Of a stretch of 64,000 nt of DNA, positions 28,713-38,426 are shown one piece after another (positions within the stretch are counted from its first letter, which is position 1; each line of letters starts with the position of its first letter). This DNA is from Candidatus Harrisonbacteria bacterium (GTDB lineage Bacteria; Patescibacteriota; Minisyncoccia; UBA6257; 02-FULL-45-10c), in contig JACROC010000005.1 in assembly GCA_016214655.1 (NCBI GenBank), positions 131,078 to 195,077 on the forward strand, written 5' to 3'. Made by a program: the position numbers and the translations under genes. A model generated the notes under the pieces. The model was not told the origin of the DNA. It made no database searches and worked only from the letters and a program-made list of their open reading frames with translations.

Positions 28713-28740
28713 AACATTATTGTAATTATGATCTCACACA

Positions 28741-28770
28741 TTGACAATAACCGGAAATTTTGATAATATA
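28741..28770 (+). promoter_or_regulatory. Sigma70-like promoter: TTGACA, 17-nt spacer, GATAAT/TATATA.
   Basis: Near-consensus hexamers 45 nt upstream of the AGGAGA RBS of the orphan ORF at 28815. Confidence 0.5.
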
Positions 28771-28814
28771 TAGTCACGTTCGTTAAAATCACTAACCTAA
28801 CAAAGGAGAATGAA

Positions 28815-29093
28815 ATGGAACATGAACGCTGGCCGAAAGATACAAAAGATACGCTCTACATCGAGAGTAGCTACAACAGCATTAATCTCGGAGAACTCTG
28901 GGGAAAAATCCAACTTAAATGGCCCAGCATCACTATGAAGGAATTGGAAATCACTGCGGAACACATCCATACCGACCATCTAAGTTATGACTTGTACGAC
29001 TCGAGCGATTATACTAACTTCCTCTGCATCACTGCTTCTCCGGAGTACTTCAAACGAACCGCCAAGCCGGAGGTCCTGACCGCGACAAAATGA
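28815..29093 (+). CDS. Orphan small acidic protein (hypothetical) with its own promoter and terminator.
   Basis: Strong RBS AAAGGAGAATGAAATGG. An intrinsic terminator follows at 29103-29140. Confidence 0.45.
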   Translation: MEHERWPKDTKDTLYIESSYNSINLGELWGKIQLKWPSITMKELEITAEHIHTDHLSYDLYDSSDYTNFLCITASPEYFKRTAKPEVLTATK

Positions 29094-29102
29094 TATTCAC
29101 CC

Positions 29103-29140
29103 AAGCACCCGTTGCATACGCAGCGGGTGCTTTTCATTTC
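29103..29140 (+). terminator. Rho-independent terminator (GCACCCGTTGCATACGCAGCGGGTGC plus TTTTCATTTC).
   Basis: GC-rich hairpin and T-rich tail read directly. Confidence 0.6.
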
Positions 29141-29151
29141 TAAATGAATAA

Positions 29152-29736
29152 CTAACTATCTAAAACCTCACCAAGTAATTTTTTAAGTAACGCCTTAGGT
29201 AAGCCCATAACGCTGTCTTTAGTTCCCTTAAACCCTTTAAGATATGGATCTAAAAGCGGATGTTCGGTGATAAAAGCCCCGGCGGAATTAAGAATATCTT
29301 CATCTTGAGATAATTTTTCTATAACCTCATCCGGAATCGGGTCAAAATACGCCGTGGCAATATCCGTGCCCTTAGCACTTTTACCGTTTGCGGTATTGGT
29401 AACCAGTACCGAACTGTAAGTCGAGGGCGGATACTGCGCATAACTTTTTAAAAATTCCTTCGCCTGCTCCGGATCATTCGGCTTTTCCCGGATTTCTCCG
29501 CGGCACACCACCACCTGATCGGCAGTTATTAAAATATGCGGTTCCTTTACCCGCCTCTTCAGCTCCTCTGCCTTTGCCTCGGCTAATGCCTGAGTTAATT
29601 TAGTCGGATCATCAAAACGTATCATCTTCTCATCAATTCCGGGCGAAATAGCCTCAAACTCGTAACCCATTTCTTCAAGCACTTTTTTCCGCCACTTAGA
29701 AGAAGAACCTAAAATTATTTTCATATCCATACTCAA
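29152..29736 (-). CDS. maf: Maf-like nucleoside triphosphate pyrophosphatase.
   Basis: KIILGSSSKWRKKVLEEMG N-terminal Maf signature. Confidence 0.8.
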   Translation of the reverse strand: MSMDMKIILGSSSKWRKKVLEEMGYEFEAISPGIDEKMIRFDDPTKLTQALAEAKAEELKRRVKEPHILITADQVVVCRGEIREKPNDPEQAKEFLKSYAQYPPSTYSSVLVTNTANGKSAKGTDIATAYFDPIPDEVIEKLSQDEDILNSAGAFITEHPLLDPYLKGFKGTKDSVMGLPKALLKKLLGEVLDS

Positions 29737-30515
29737 TATTTAAATTCTAAAAATAACGGTGCGTGGTCAGAAGCCATATCCGGCAAAACTTCAAATCGCT
29801 CTACGTTAATATCAGGCGAAGTCAGAACATAATCTGCGAAATTCGGTTCACTGGGATTTTCATAATGCCGATATAAAGGCGTGCGCGTAGATTTAATTTT
29901 ATAATCTTTCACCAGATTACGCATTCCTTTTTCTAATATCTTCAGCGATTCAGTATCAGGAAGCAGATTAAAATCGCCGCATAATATTTTAGGCCCATCA
30001 AAGCCGTCTAAAAATTGCTTAATCCGTTTGGATTGGCCGATCCGTTCAGGAGTATCAGTTTTTGGGCCATTATTCCAAAGACCGTGATAATTCGCAATCA
30101 GCATCTCGCGACCATTTAAGTCTAAAGTAATATATTGCAACTTGCGCGCTGAAAATACGGCGCTACCCGTTTCTTTGGGCTGTTCCGGTTTATAAACTAT
30201 AAAATCTTCGATTGTCTTAAGCGGTACATCCTGGCGCGCAAACACTGCCAAACTCATCCGATTCGGGTCGTCATCAAAATAAGCAAATGACCCCTCAAAA
30301 CCCTTCAGCTCTGCAGAAATTTTATCAAATAGCGGACCGTGTAAATGCTCATCCGGATGCCGCTGATCAGCAACCGCTTGCGGACTATTCCGAACTTCCT
30401 GCAGACAAAATATATCCGCATCCCCTGCCCGCCTGCGAAAAAATCGCATCAGCGGATGCAACGCCCGACCGCTCCAAGTATTCAAAGAAATTAGTCGTAT
30501 AGATTTATTTTTCAT
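29733..30515 (-). CDS. Endonuclease/exonuclease/phosphatase (EEP) family nuclease (ExoIII-like).
   Basis: LISLNTW..., C-terminal SDHAPL motif. Confidence 0.7.
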   Translation of the reverse strand: MKNKSIRLISLNTWSGRALHPLMRFFRRRAGDADIFCLQEVRNSPQAVADQRHPDEHLHGPLFDKISAELKGFEGSFAYFDDDPNRMSLAVFARQDVPLKTIEDFIVYKPEQPKETGSAVFSARKLQYITLDLNGREMLIANYHGLWNNGPKTDTPERIGQSKRIKQFLDGFDGPKILCGDFNLLPDTESLKILEKGMRNLVKDYKIKSTRTPLYRHYENPSEPNFADYVLTSPDINVERFEVLPDMASDHAPLFLEFKY

Positions 30516-30711
30516 TTTTCTTTCTCTTTATATATCGCGCCAATTCAATGACCAATCCGATTGGTAAACTGACTGCCATCATTATTCCAAAAAAATTAGA
30601 CGCCAGCTTAAAATGCCCTCCGGTTATAACCGCGAAAACCACAAAAACGACCCAACCCGCTGCTCCTATTATCGTTAAAATTGTCCAAAATAATAAGTTC
30701 CGCATTTCCAA
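30505..30711 (-). CDS. Small two-TM membrane protein.
   Basis: 68-aa hydrophobic ORF. Confidence 0.3.
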   Translation of the reverse strand: MEMRNLLFWTILTIIGAAGWVVFVVFAVITGGHFKLASNFFGIMMAVSLPIGLVIELARYIKRKKNEK

Positions 30712-30978
30712 CTATTCCAGCGAAATAATCTGGATTCCATTTTGTTTAATCTGCTCTTCTGGCCAAAACAACTTATCAATCTTAAATTTCCCGATATAAG
30801 TGACTTTCTTTTCCTTTTTCCTGCCGGTATATTTTCCTATCTTGGGATCCCATTCTTCTAAAACCAGAACGTCGCCTTCTCCTACTTCAAAGTCATCTAA
30901 TCTCAATTCATATTTCTTTTTCCCGGAAGCTACCGCATCAAAATACTCCGGCCAGATTTTTTTCTTTATAATAGACAT
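30712..30978 (-). CDS. Small ASCH-like / DUF3850-type PUA-fold protein.
   Basis: KKKIWPEYFDAVASGKKKYELRLDDFEVGEGDVLVLEE pattern. Confidence 0.45.
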   Translation of the reverse strand: MSIIKKKIWPEYFDAVASGKKKYELRLDDFEVGEGDVLVLEEWDPKIGKYTGRKKEKKVTYIGKFKIDKLFWPEEQIKQNGIQIISLE

Positions 30979-31069
30979 ATTATTTACACTATAATATTAC
31001 ACGATTCTTGATTGTTACGGCAAAATTTTATTATAATTAAAATTAGTTAATTGGCATTACTCGATAAAA

Positions 31070-31276
31070 ATGAAGAAGCGATGTCCGCGATGTAAGAGAG
31101 CCTTAATTGATGTCACCGCTGTCCGAGGAGTGTTATATTGCGAAGAATGTCCCTATTATCAATGTCCGAAGTGTAATAGCAAAATGACGGAGACTGGTAG
31201 AAGAGTGTGTGGTCATGCAGATTACCTAAAACTGAGGTGTACTAGGTGTGGCCACAGAACGGAGATCGAAAGTTAA
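31070..31276 (+). CDS. Zinc-ribbon protein with four CxxC pairs.
   Basis: CPRC...CEEC...CPKC...CTRC spacing. Confidence 0.45.
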   Translation: MKKRCPRCKRALIDVTAVRGVLYCEECPYYQCPKCNSKMTETGRRVCGHADYLKLRCTRCGHRTEIES

Positions 31277-31316
31277 CGTAACCCCCCACAGAAGCCCAAA
31301 CGGGCTTTTTCTTTTC

Positions 31317-31667
31317 TCAGCGGCCTATGGCCCATAACATTCTGTCCGCATTGATTATCTGTTTCCCTATAGCTCCCGCAAAAAGTCGGTAGGCCGGACG
31401 CTTTTCTTTTTGATAAATGACTCGGATCCCTATCAAAGTTTTACACTTTTTACAGACCAAATCCTTTCCGTAGAACTCCGGGTTTACAATTCGGTCAATA
31501 TATAAACGCTTTAATATTCCGGGACCGTCTTTTTGATATGTCAATAATGGCTTTTTGCATTTTTCACAAAAAATGAGCAGCCATCTAGAATAACTGCCTC
31601 TGACTCTCTTAAATCTGTCATTCTTGAATTTTAGTGCTCTATTTTTCATAACATTTTTATACCTCAC
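31317..31667 (-). CDS. Basic Zn-binding hypothetical protein (CEKC...CKKC).
   Basis: 116-aa ORF with two CxxC pairs. Confidence 0.3.
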   Translation of the reverse strand: MRYKNVMKNRALKFKNDRFKRVRGSYSRWLLIFCEKCKKPLLTYQKDGPGILKRLYIDRIVNPEFYGKDLVCKKCKTLIGIRVIYQKEKRPAYRLFAGAIGKQIINADRMLWAIGR

Positions 31668-31873
31668 AGCATTTTAAACAAAAGCTCATTTAATTCGCGC
31701 AATCGGGATTCTAAAACATAAAGCTCAGAATTAGCCTGGTCGAATGCCGAGTTCTCGTGCCAGCCGCCGCCTTCACGTATTGCCTCTCCCCTTTCCCGTA
31801 ATTTATTTTTTATCTTATCTTTTAAATCTTTTATTTGATTTTCTAAATCTATCCTATTATTTATATTTTCCAT
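31664..31873 (-). CDS. GreA/GreB N-terminal coiled-coil-domain-only protein. The start at 31873 (MENINN...) is preferred, because the track start at 31990 would overlap secA.
   Basis: AIREGGGWHENSAFDQANSELYVLESRLRELNELL aligns to GreA AREHGDLKENAEYHAA...RI..IE. No FKBP-like C-terminal domain follows. Confidence 0.45.
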   Translation of the reverse strand: MENINNRIDLENQIKDLKDKIKNKLRERGEAIREGGGWHENSAFDQANSELYVLESRLRELNELLFKML

Positions 31874-31925
31874 GGCACTTTTTATCCCGCAAAATTCGCT
31901 TCGCTTATCGCGGGATTGCGAGATA

Positions 31926-34289
31926 TCACTTGCCGTGACATCTCTTATATTTCTTTCCACTACCGCAAGGACACGGATCATTGCGCCCAACTTTGCCCGC
32001 CGTGGCCTTAACGAAAGCAGGCTTTATATTCATTTGTAAGTCTCCCGAGTGCTGTTCCTGTGTCTGGATTGGCTTTGGTGCGTGTTTATGTTCTGCTGCA
32101 GCTTGCGCAATGCGTTCTTTATTTTCTTCCATCCATTTATCAAAATCGGCTAACAATTGATCATATAACATCCGGCTTTCTCGGCGATATTCTACCAGAG
32201 GATCATGCTGGCCATAAGCTCTCAAACGTACGGATTCCCTAAGCGCCTCAATATTTTCCAGATGATTCATCCAAAGCATATCCAGCATCATCAGCACTTG
32301 AGGTTGCGTACCGTCTTCCAGCATTTTTTGTCTTTTTTCATAAATAGCCGTACGTTGTTTATTAAAAATATCATCATATTCAAGCAAGTGCTTACGCGCA
32401 TCAAAATTAAAACCCTCCACCCTACTTTGCGCCTGCGTAACAGCTTTAGACACCAATCCTGATTCAATCGGCATATCCTCCGGCACATCCAAAGTTTCCA
32501 TCAGGCTTTTAATCCGGTCCCCGCCGAAAATACGCATAAGATCATCTTCTACCGACAAAAAGAATTGAGAGGAGCCAGGATCGCCTTGGCGCCCGGAACG
32601 GCCGCGAAGCTGATTATCAATGCGCCGCGCGTCATGCCTTTCCGTACCAATCACATGAAGCCCGCCAAGCGTTTTCACTTTTTCTGATTCTAAAATATCC
32701 GGCGGATTCCCGCCTAAAATGATATCCACGCCCCGGCCGGCCATATTAGTTGCAACCGTCACTGATCCGGCTCTGCCAGCCTGCGCAATAATTGCGCCTT
32801 CACGTTCATTGTTTTTGGCATTCAACACTTCATGCCGCACCCCTTCTCGATTCAAATACTGCGACAATAATTCGTTTTTCTCTATTGAGATAGTACCGAT
32901 AAGAACCGGTTGTCCCTGTTTCTGTTTTTCTTTTACTTCCTTGGCTACGGCCTGAAATTTGGCATCGGCGGTTTTATAAATAACATCCGGCAAATTTTTA
33001 CGCTGAACGGGCTTATTAGTCGGAATCGTCACTGCCGGAAGCCCATAAACTTTATCAAACTCTTCAGCTGAAGTTTGGGCAGTGCCAGTCATGCCGGCCA
33101 ATTTTTTATACAAACGAAAATAGTTTTGAATAGTGATCTGCGCGTAAGTACGCGATTCTTGCTGAACTCGCACTCCTTCCTTAGCTTCAATCGCCTGATG
33201 CAATCCGCCGGAATAGCGCCGGCCGAGCATCAAACGGCCAGTATTTTGATCAACAATAATAATTTCGTTATCTTTAACTACGTAATCCTTATCACGCTTG
33301 AAAAGAGCATGTGATTTTAAACTTTCTTCCAGATAATGCGTCAATCTCAAATTTTCCGGCGCGTAAATATTATCTATCCGCAACGCCTTTTCAACTCTAT
33401 CAATTCCCGCTTCGGTAATATCCACCGAACGGTACTTCTCGTCCACAATATAATCTTCGTCTTTTTGCAATGAAGCGGCTAACCGTGAAAAAGTTTTATA
33501 AAGTTCGCTGGATTCTGTGTCCGGCGCGGAAATAATAAGCGGAGTGCGCGCTTCATCAATCAAAATACTGTCAATTTCATCAACGATCGCATAGTTATTT
33601 CCTCGGTATTGTACCTGCTGTTCTTTGGAATACGCTAAATTATCCCTTAAATAATCGAACCCAAATTCATGGTTAGTTCCGTAAGTAATGTCCGCAAAAT
33701 AGGCATCTCTCCGGGAGATCGGCCGAAGATATTCCTGCTGGACTAAAAAACTGCCGGTGGTATCCCGTTCTTTATCCACTAACTTTTCTGCATCTTGGGC
33801 AATGTATGCCGGATCATAGATAAAAGCTCCTTCGTGCACCAGACAGGCCACACTTAATCCCAGAAAATTATAAATCTGTCCCATCCACACCGCGTCTCTT
33901 TTAGCCAAATACTCGTTTACTGTTACTACGTGTACTCCTTTACCCTCAAGCGCATTCAAATAAACCGGCGCCGTAGAGGCCAAAGTCTTACCTTCACCAG
34001 TAGACATCTCGGCAATTTTTCCTTCATGCAAAACCATGCCGCCTATCAATTGAACGTCAAAATGCCGCTGGCCCAAAGTGCGCTTAGCGGCTTCCCGGAC
34101 TAAAGCAAAAGCCCTTGGCAAAAGACCATCTAAGTCAGAACCACCCTGCGCTGAATTCCGCAGTTTATTGCCTTCCTCCCGGATTTGAACATCAGTTAGT
34201 TTTGATATTTCCAGCTCCAGTGCATTGATTTCCCCAACTTGTTTCTCTAATTTTTTTGTCGGATTAAACAGAAAATTCAACAATCGCAT
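31926..34289 (-). CDS. secA: Preprotein translocase ATPase SecA, with a C-terminal zinc-binding tail ([14 protein letters not shown]).
   Basis: Walker A GEGKT, DEAD-like DEID motif, IRA and preprotein cross-linking regions, and the C-terminal Zn finger. Confidence 0.95.
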   Translation of the reverse strand: MRLLNFLFNPTKKLEKQVGEINALELEISKLTDVQIREEGNKLRNSAQGGSDLDGLLPRAFALVREAAKRTLGQRHFDVQLIGGMVLHEGKIAEMSTGEGKTLASTAPVYLNALEGKGVHVVTVNEYLAKRDAVWMGQIYNFLGLSVACLVHEGAFIYDPAYIAQDAEKLVDKERDTTGSFLVQQEYLRPISRRDAYFADITYGTNHEFGFDYLRDNLAYSKEQQVQYRGNNYAIVDEIDSILIDEARTPLIISAPDTESSELYKTFSRLAASLQKDEDYIVDEKYRSVDITEAGIDRVEKALRIDNIYAPENLRLTHYLEESLKSHALFKRDKDYVVKDNEIIIVDQNTGRLMLGRRYSGGLHQAIEAKEGVRVQQESRTYAQITIQNYFRLYKKLAGMTGTAQTSAEEFDKVYGLPAVTIPTNKPVQRKNLPDVIYKTADAKFQAVAKEVKEKQKQGQPVLIGTISIEKNELLSQYLNREGVRHEVLNAKNNEREGAIIAQAGRAGSVTVATNMAGRGVDIILGGNPPDILESEKVKTLGGLHVIGTERHDARRIDNQLRGRSGRQGDPGSSQFFLSVEDDLMRIFGGDRIKSLMETLDVPEDMPIESGLVSKAVTQAQSRVEGFNFDARKHLLEYDDIFNKQRTAIYEKRQKMLEDGTQPQVLMMLDMLWMNHLENIEALRESVRLRAYGQHDPLVEYRRESRMLYDQLLADFDKWMEENKERIAQAAAEHKHAPKPIQTQEQHSGDLQMNIKPAFVKATAGKVGRNDPCPCGSGKKYKRCHGK

Positions 34290-34388
34290 ATTAAGATACT
34301 TTAATACAAAAAACTCTTAACTTAAAGTGGTTGCGCCGATCTGTCCAGTGTAGTACCCTGTATATAGCTAATTTACAACTATGAGTCA

Positions 34389-35156
34389 GTGGTGAAACAG
34401 CTCGAAGGCGGATTTATTAATAAAGTATATCTAGAAAATGGCATAGTTATAAAAGTTTTTGGCAACGATGAGCTGGTGGGCATACCTTCCGCAGAACGGC
34501 TTAAAAGAGAAAAAACAGCGCTGGAAATTTTTGGAGGTATGGTAGCGCCTCGCCTGTTGCATTCCGAAGGACTTATTCTGCATCAAGAATATATTGAGGG
34601 AGAAACGTACGAAATCAAAGCCCGGCGCGGTGAACAAGTATTTGAAGTAGCCGGAAAAATTTTAGCAAGAATTCATCGGCACCAAATAAACCGTGATCAA
34701 ACTTCTCAATCTTACTATGAAGCACGGTTTGCCAAGGCCTTGGCAATCGCAAAACCAATACTAGACACGGAACAACTGCCGGTAAAATTTGAGGTAGATT
34801 GGAAACTGGTACGCGCCTTTGGCGCATGCTACATTCACGGAGACTTTTGGCTGGCAAACATCATCGGCAAAGAAGAGGCGCCGAAAGTGATCGATTGGGA
34901 GTTTTCCGGCCCCGGATCCCCATATGAAGATTTCGCTATTGCTGATCTCTGGATACTTCGTGAATTTCCAGGATCAGAAACCAACTTCTGGAAGGGATAC
35001 GGCAGGAAGCCAGACCCAAAAACGGTCAATGCCTTCCTAGTTTTGAGGTGCATAGAATTCTTGGCAACAACAACGCTTGATAAATATCTTCTGGAAGAAA
35101 AAGACGGATTCTATCATAATAAAGTTGCTACCCTACATGAAATTAATCAAAGATAA
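34389..35156 (+). CDS. Aminoglycoside-phosphotransferase / choline-kinase-like small-molecule kinase (APH family).
   Basis: CYIHGDFWLANII (HGD....N) catalytic motif and IDWEF (DxE-like) motif. Confidence 0.6.
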   Translation: MVKQLEGGFINKVYLENGIVIKVFGNDELVGIPSAERLKREKTALEIFGGMVAPRLLHSEGLILHQEYIEGETYEIKARRGEQVFEVAGKILARIHRHQINRDQTSQSYYEARFAKALAIAKPILDTEQLPVKFEVDWKLVRAFGACYIHGDFWLANIIGKEEAPKVIDWEFSGPGSPYEDFAIADLWILREFPGSETNFWKGYGRKPDPKTVNAFLVLRCIEFLATTTLDKYLLEEKDGFYHNKVATLHEINQR

Positions 35157-35697
35157 TCACATAGACAGCGGCCACTTTCATGCCTGGTGCCGGTATGATC
35201 CGACTTCCTGGAAGCACTACGCCTATCTTTTCGCAAGTATCATGGTTTGTAAAATCCGCAGATTTAAAAGTGTAACTACCCACTTGCCACTGGAGCTGCA
35301 GCATCACATTTATCCTCGCCGAAAAAAAGGAGAAAGGTTAATAAAATTCGGTGAGTTTTTAGCGGCGCTTATCCAAGTAAATTTATACTGGGAGAATGCG
35401 CCGCTTTTTAATTTTGGAACCTGGGATTTAAAACATGGCCAAATCGAATGGGAACTTGTGCCAAAAAACATTCCTCTATGCTTTGATACCGGTCATGCCA
35501 TGCTCGGCGCGAAATCATCCGAAAAAGCAAGGGAATCGATACTGACTATTTTCAAAAAGCGGGCGGGGCAAATTAAACACCTCCATGTTCACGAAAATGA
35601 CTTAATACATGATACGCATACTACGCCAAATAAAATAATTACCAAAGAACTACTCCTAGAAATAACAAAAGGCAAAACTTATATTTTTGAAAAATAA
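35137..35697 (+). CDS. Hypothetical protein (possibly a sugar-phosphate isomerase-like TIM-barrel fragment).
   Basis: The ORF overlaps the upstream gene, and the alternative start MKLIKDN is used. Only weak similarity cues (FDTGH). Confidence 0.25.
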   Translation: MKLIKDNHIDSGHFHAWCRYDPTSWKHYAYLFASIMVCKIRRFKSVTTHLPLELQHHIYPRRKKGERLIKFGEFLAALIQVNLYWENAPLFNFGTWDLKHGQIEWELVPKNIPLCFDTGHAMLGAKSSEKARESILTIFKKRAGQIKHLHVHENDLIHDTHTTPNKIITKELLLEITKGKTYIFEK

Positions 35698-35706
35698 AAA
35701 GAAATT

Positions 35707-36027
35707 TCAATGATCCGCCAGCTTTTCTTTATACTTGCTTAATTCTTTCTTCAATCTGTCCTTCAGCTTGTCTATGGCGGCATGCATTTCTTCATTTGTT
35801 TCTTCTATCCGCAAAACCTTCATTGGCAAATCCAGATTCGCCTCGGCATAAAATATATTTCCTTTATTGTGATGCTTAGTATTCTTGGCTAGTTCTACTC
35901 TTAAAAGAACTTCGGATTTTCTCTCCCACCGCGCCAATAACTTAGCTATTCCGCTCAGTTTCTGCTCAACTAATTGATTCAGCGACGGGGTCAAATCAAA
36001 TCCGGTTGCCTTAACTTGAATTTTCAT
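35707..36027 (-). CDS. hpf: Ribosome hibernation promoting factor (HPF/RaiA family). Start taken at MKIQVK.
   Basis: MKIQVKATGFDLTPSL...VLLRVELAKN...YAEANLDLPMKVLRIEE is a typical HPF beta-alpha-beta fold sequence. Confidence 0.8.
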   Translation of the reverse strand: MKIQVKATGFDLTPSLNQLVEQKLSGIAKLLARWERKSEVLLRVELAKNTKHHNKGNIFYAEANLDLPMKVLRIEETNEEMHAAIDKLKDRLKKELSKYKEKLADH

Positions 36028-36247
36028 AAAAATGCTATTTGCCTGTCCCGCACCAAAATTGAGCACTGAATCACTCTATGGAGTCATAATGGTGACCTCC
36101 AAAATGCTATTTGTATTTAGTGAGTGCTCTCTTATGACTCCAGAGAGCAATCCAATTTTTGGTGCGGGATATTTAGTGAGTGCTCTCCTACCACTCAAAA
36201 ATAAGTATAAAGTATAAGGTAAAAAGTGAAAAGAGGGTTAAAAACCA

Positions 36248-36272
36248 AAAGCCCCTTGCGGGGCTTTTGGCT
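36248..36272. terminator. Bidirectional intrinsic terminator (AAAAGCCCCTTGCGGGGCTTTTGG).
   Basis: Perfect GC hairpin flanked by A and T runs. Confidence 0.5.
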
Positions 36273-36459
36273 ACAAATAGCGGAGCATTCCTTAGTCGAT
36301 ATCATCGCTGAGGAACGGACTTCTGCTTTCGCCGAAGCCAAGACTTCTACTTGCGTAGAAACCTCACACTCACTATAAATAGTATAGCATATACATATTT
36401 AAAAAGCAATAGTTTTAAGAAGCAATAATTTATGTATCATATATAAAAACGCCTCTTAA

Positions 36460-36735
36460 TTAAAGGCGTTTCCGCGGCTCGCAAAGTTCTTTCGGCATCC
36501 GGTAACAAAAGCCAAGCTTATCTTCCCACATTGATACAACAACAATCAACAATCCGATTAGTCCACAAAAAACCAGTGCAAGACACGATAACTCCTCCAT
36601 CCATGTATAACCAAAATTTCTGAATCTAAGAAGATATAAATTTTTTAAATGATTCTTAACTAAACCATAAGCCAAAATACCACAGACTAGCCAAAACACA
36701 AGCAATACAAGCACGACTCCGATATCAAACATCAC
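36460..36735 (-). CDS. Small three-TM membrane protein.
   Basis: 91-aa hydrophobic ORF, followed by a terminator hairpin at 36441-36466. Confidence 0.35.
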   Translation of the reverse strand: MMFDIGVVLVLLVFWLVCGILAYGLVKNHLKNLYLLRFRNFGYTWMEELSCLALVFCGLIGLLIVVVSMWEDKLGFCYRMPKELCEPRKRL

Positions 36736-36904
36736 CCACCCCCTTCCTGCAAGTTTTAACTGCCAACGATCTGGAAATATTATATATCAAAATCACGTAT
36801 TCGTCAAACCCCCGCTCACTCATCTCAAAAAAACACCCTAACTTTAAAAGCTGGGGTTCGGTATTATAGTATATTCAAATTTTTGGCTGATTTTCCGTGT
36901 TGTC

Positions 36905-37035
36905 GTAGAGAAACTACGGAACGCCGGCGCAGCTTGGTACTCCGACTTTAGTCGGAGACCGCCGGCGTGAGGCGTAGCGGGCTCTCGCCGCTGGAGCGAG
37001 AGAACCGCGGTTCTCATAGACAATCCGGTAAAGCA
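36905..37035. other. GC-rich island with multiple hairpins, a candidate structured ncRNA or 3'UTR element of unknown class.
   Basis: Nested stems: CGCCGGCG...CTCCGAC-TTTA-GTCGGAG...CGCCGGCG; CTCTCGC-cgctgga-GCGAGAG; GAGAACCGCGGTTCTC. There is a partial AAGCAGCC match, but no convincing SRP RNA fold. Confidence 0.25.
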
Positions 37036-37056
37036 GCCATCTTCAATAATCGAACA

Positions 37057-37650
37057 CTACCTCTTAAAAACAACAAACTTCATACCGATAAAATTCCAAA
37101 AAAGCGCAGTAACAGATGCAGTTACCGCACCCACATTTGCCCAAATCGTTTCGCTGATTCCCGGCGGCGCCCCAACCAAATTAACCACTGCCGAAGCTAC
37201 GCTGACATTAATTCCAAAGCCAATTAAGTTAACAGCAATAAACTTAGTAAATTCAACTGCTTGCGGCGCGCCCTCCACGTGAAAAGTCCAATACTTATTC
37301 CAGAAATAACTGTTAATAACAGCAAGAACAAACGAAGTTGCCTTAAAAGCGGTGTAGAAGTAACCAACGCTGATACCCGACAGAAAAATCAAAAAATTCA
37401 GCACCGCAAGATCAATAGTAAAATTCAGTCCGCCGACAATCGCAAATTTGATAAATTGCAGCATTACTGGCCACCATTGGCTTAACCAATAAGCCGCCGC
37501 ATAACCAGCGGGAGTAAGTACTGTTAAACCAACAATACTAATAGCTACAGAAGATAAATTAAATTGGACACCAAGGTTGCGCAACGTCGGCAAAAGCAGA
37601 ACGCCAGCCATGAAACCAACCAGCACGCTGATCTGAAAATCTTTTTTCAT
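37057..37650 (-). CDS. GtrA-family polysaccharide-synthesis membrane protein.
   Basis: FIKFAIVGGLNFTIDLAVLNFL and C-terminal WNFIGMKFVVFKR motifs of GtrA. Confidence 0.6.
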   Translation of the reverse strand: MKKDFQISVLVGFMAGVLLLPTLRNLGVQFNLSSVAISIVGLTVLTPAGYAAAYWLSQWWPVMLQFIKFAIVGGLNFTIDLAVLNFLIFLSGISVGYFYTAFKATSFVLAVINSYFWNKYWTFHVEGAPQAVEFTKFIAVNLIGFGINVSVASAVVNLVGAPPGISETIWANVGAVTASVTALFWNFIGMKFVVFKR

Positions 37651-38426
37651 TTCATTAAAAATTCTTTAATTGCTTCAGTTAAATCTGGCTTCTCACTGAA
37701 GCCAAGTAAATCAGTTCCGTGTCCGGCGCTCTCATATAAAATCAATTGCTTATCAGAGGTCGGAGCCGAATCGTAATACTGCTGATTTTGAACCGCATTA
37801 TTTCCGGCTGCCCGATCATCTTTCTTACTGGCCACAAATAAAACTTTCTGATTTAGGCGTAATTTTCCCACCAAATGGCCGCTATCCAATCCTCGATAAT
37901 CGCCAGCCGACAATAAAACACCCCTCTGGACTTCCGGATTTTTGATCAAAAATTGGAGACTAAGATTTGCGCCTATTGATGCTCCGATAACGGTTAATTT
38001 ATCCGGAGTTGCGCCTCGCGACTTTAGAAATTCCCAAGCGGCCATTAAGTCTTGAATGCTCACTTGGTGTTCGGTGTCAGAAAATTTTTGATATCCATTC
38101 GGTCCCCCGTCTGATTCTCCGTGACCGCGAAGATCGATCGCTATACTCTCATATTTTTCTTTCTGCATTGCCGTGGCAAAATCCTTCCAAGATTCTTTAG
38201 TAGCCGGCATCATATGCACCAGAAAAAGCCATTCCTTGGGATTGCTAACCGGATACAAAGATCCAACTATTTTCACGTCATCCGAAGTGGTTAAATTAAT
38301 TTTTTCTATCATAAAATCAATTTCCCTTGCCCTTTGCCCATAATTAAGTAATAGAATCAATGCCAAAATCGCCGCAACAATCGATATAATAACGCCTGCC
38401 ACTTTACCTAATTTCATAGGTAACAC
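37647..38426 (-). CDS. Membrane-anchored alpha/beta-hydrolase (dienelactone-hydrolase or S9-like).
   Basis: GASIGA nucleophile elbow (GxSxG) and D/H catalytic candidates. Confidence 0.6.
   Translation of the reverse strand: MLPMKLGKVAGVIISIVAAILALILLLNYGQRAREIDFMIEKINLTTSDDVKIVGSLYPVSNPKEWLFLVHMMPATKESWKDFATAMQKEKYESIAIDLRGHGESDGGPNGYQKFSDTEHQVSIQDLMAAWEFLKSRGATPDKLTVIGASIGANLSLQFLIKNPEVQRGVLLSAGDYRGLDSGHLVGKLRLNQKVLFVASKKDDRAAGNNAVQNQQYYDSAPTSDKQLILYESAGHGTDLLGFSEKPDLTEAIKEFLMK

Noticed and set aside
36905-37045. Bacterial SRP (4.5S) RNA suggested by an AAGCAGCC-like block.
   Set aside because: Flanking sequence does not form the expected domain IV helix with a GNRA tetraloop and symmetric loops. 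Kept only as an unclassified structured element.
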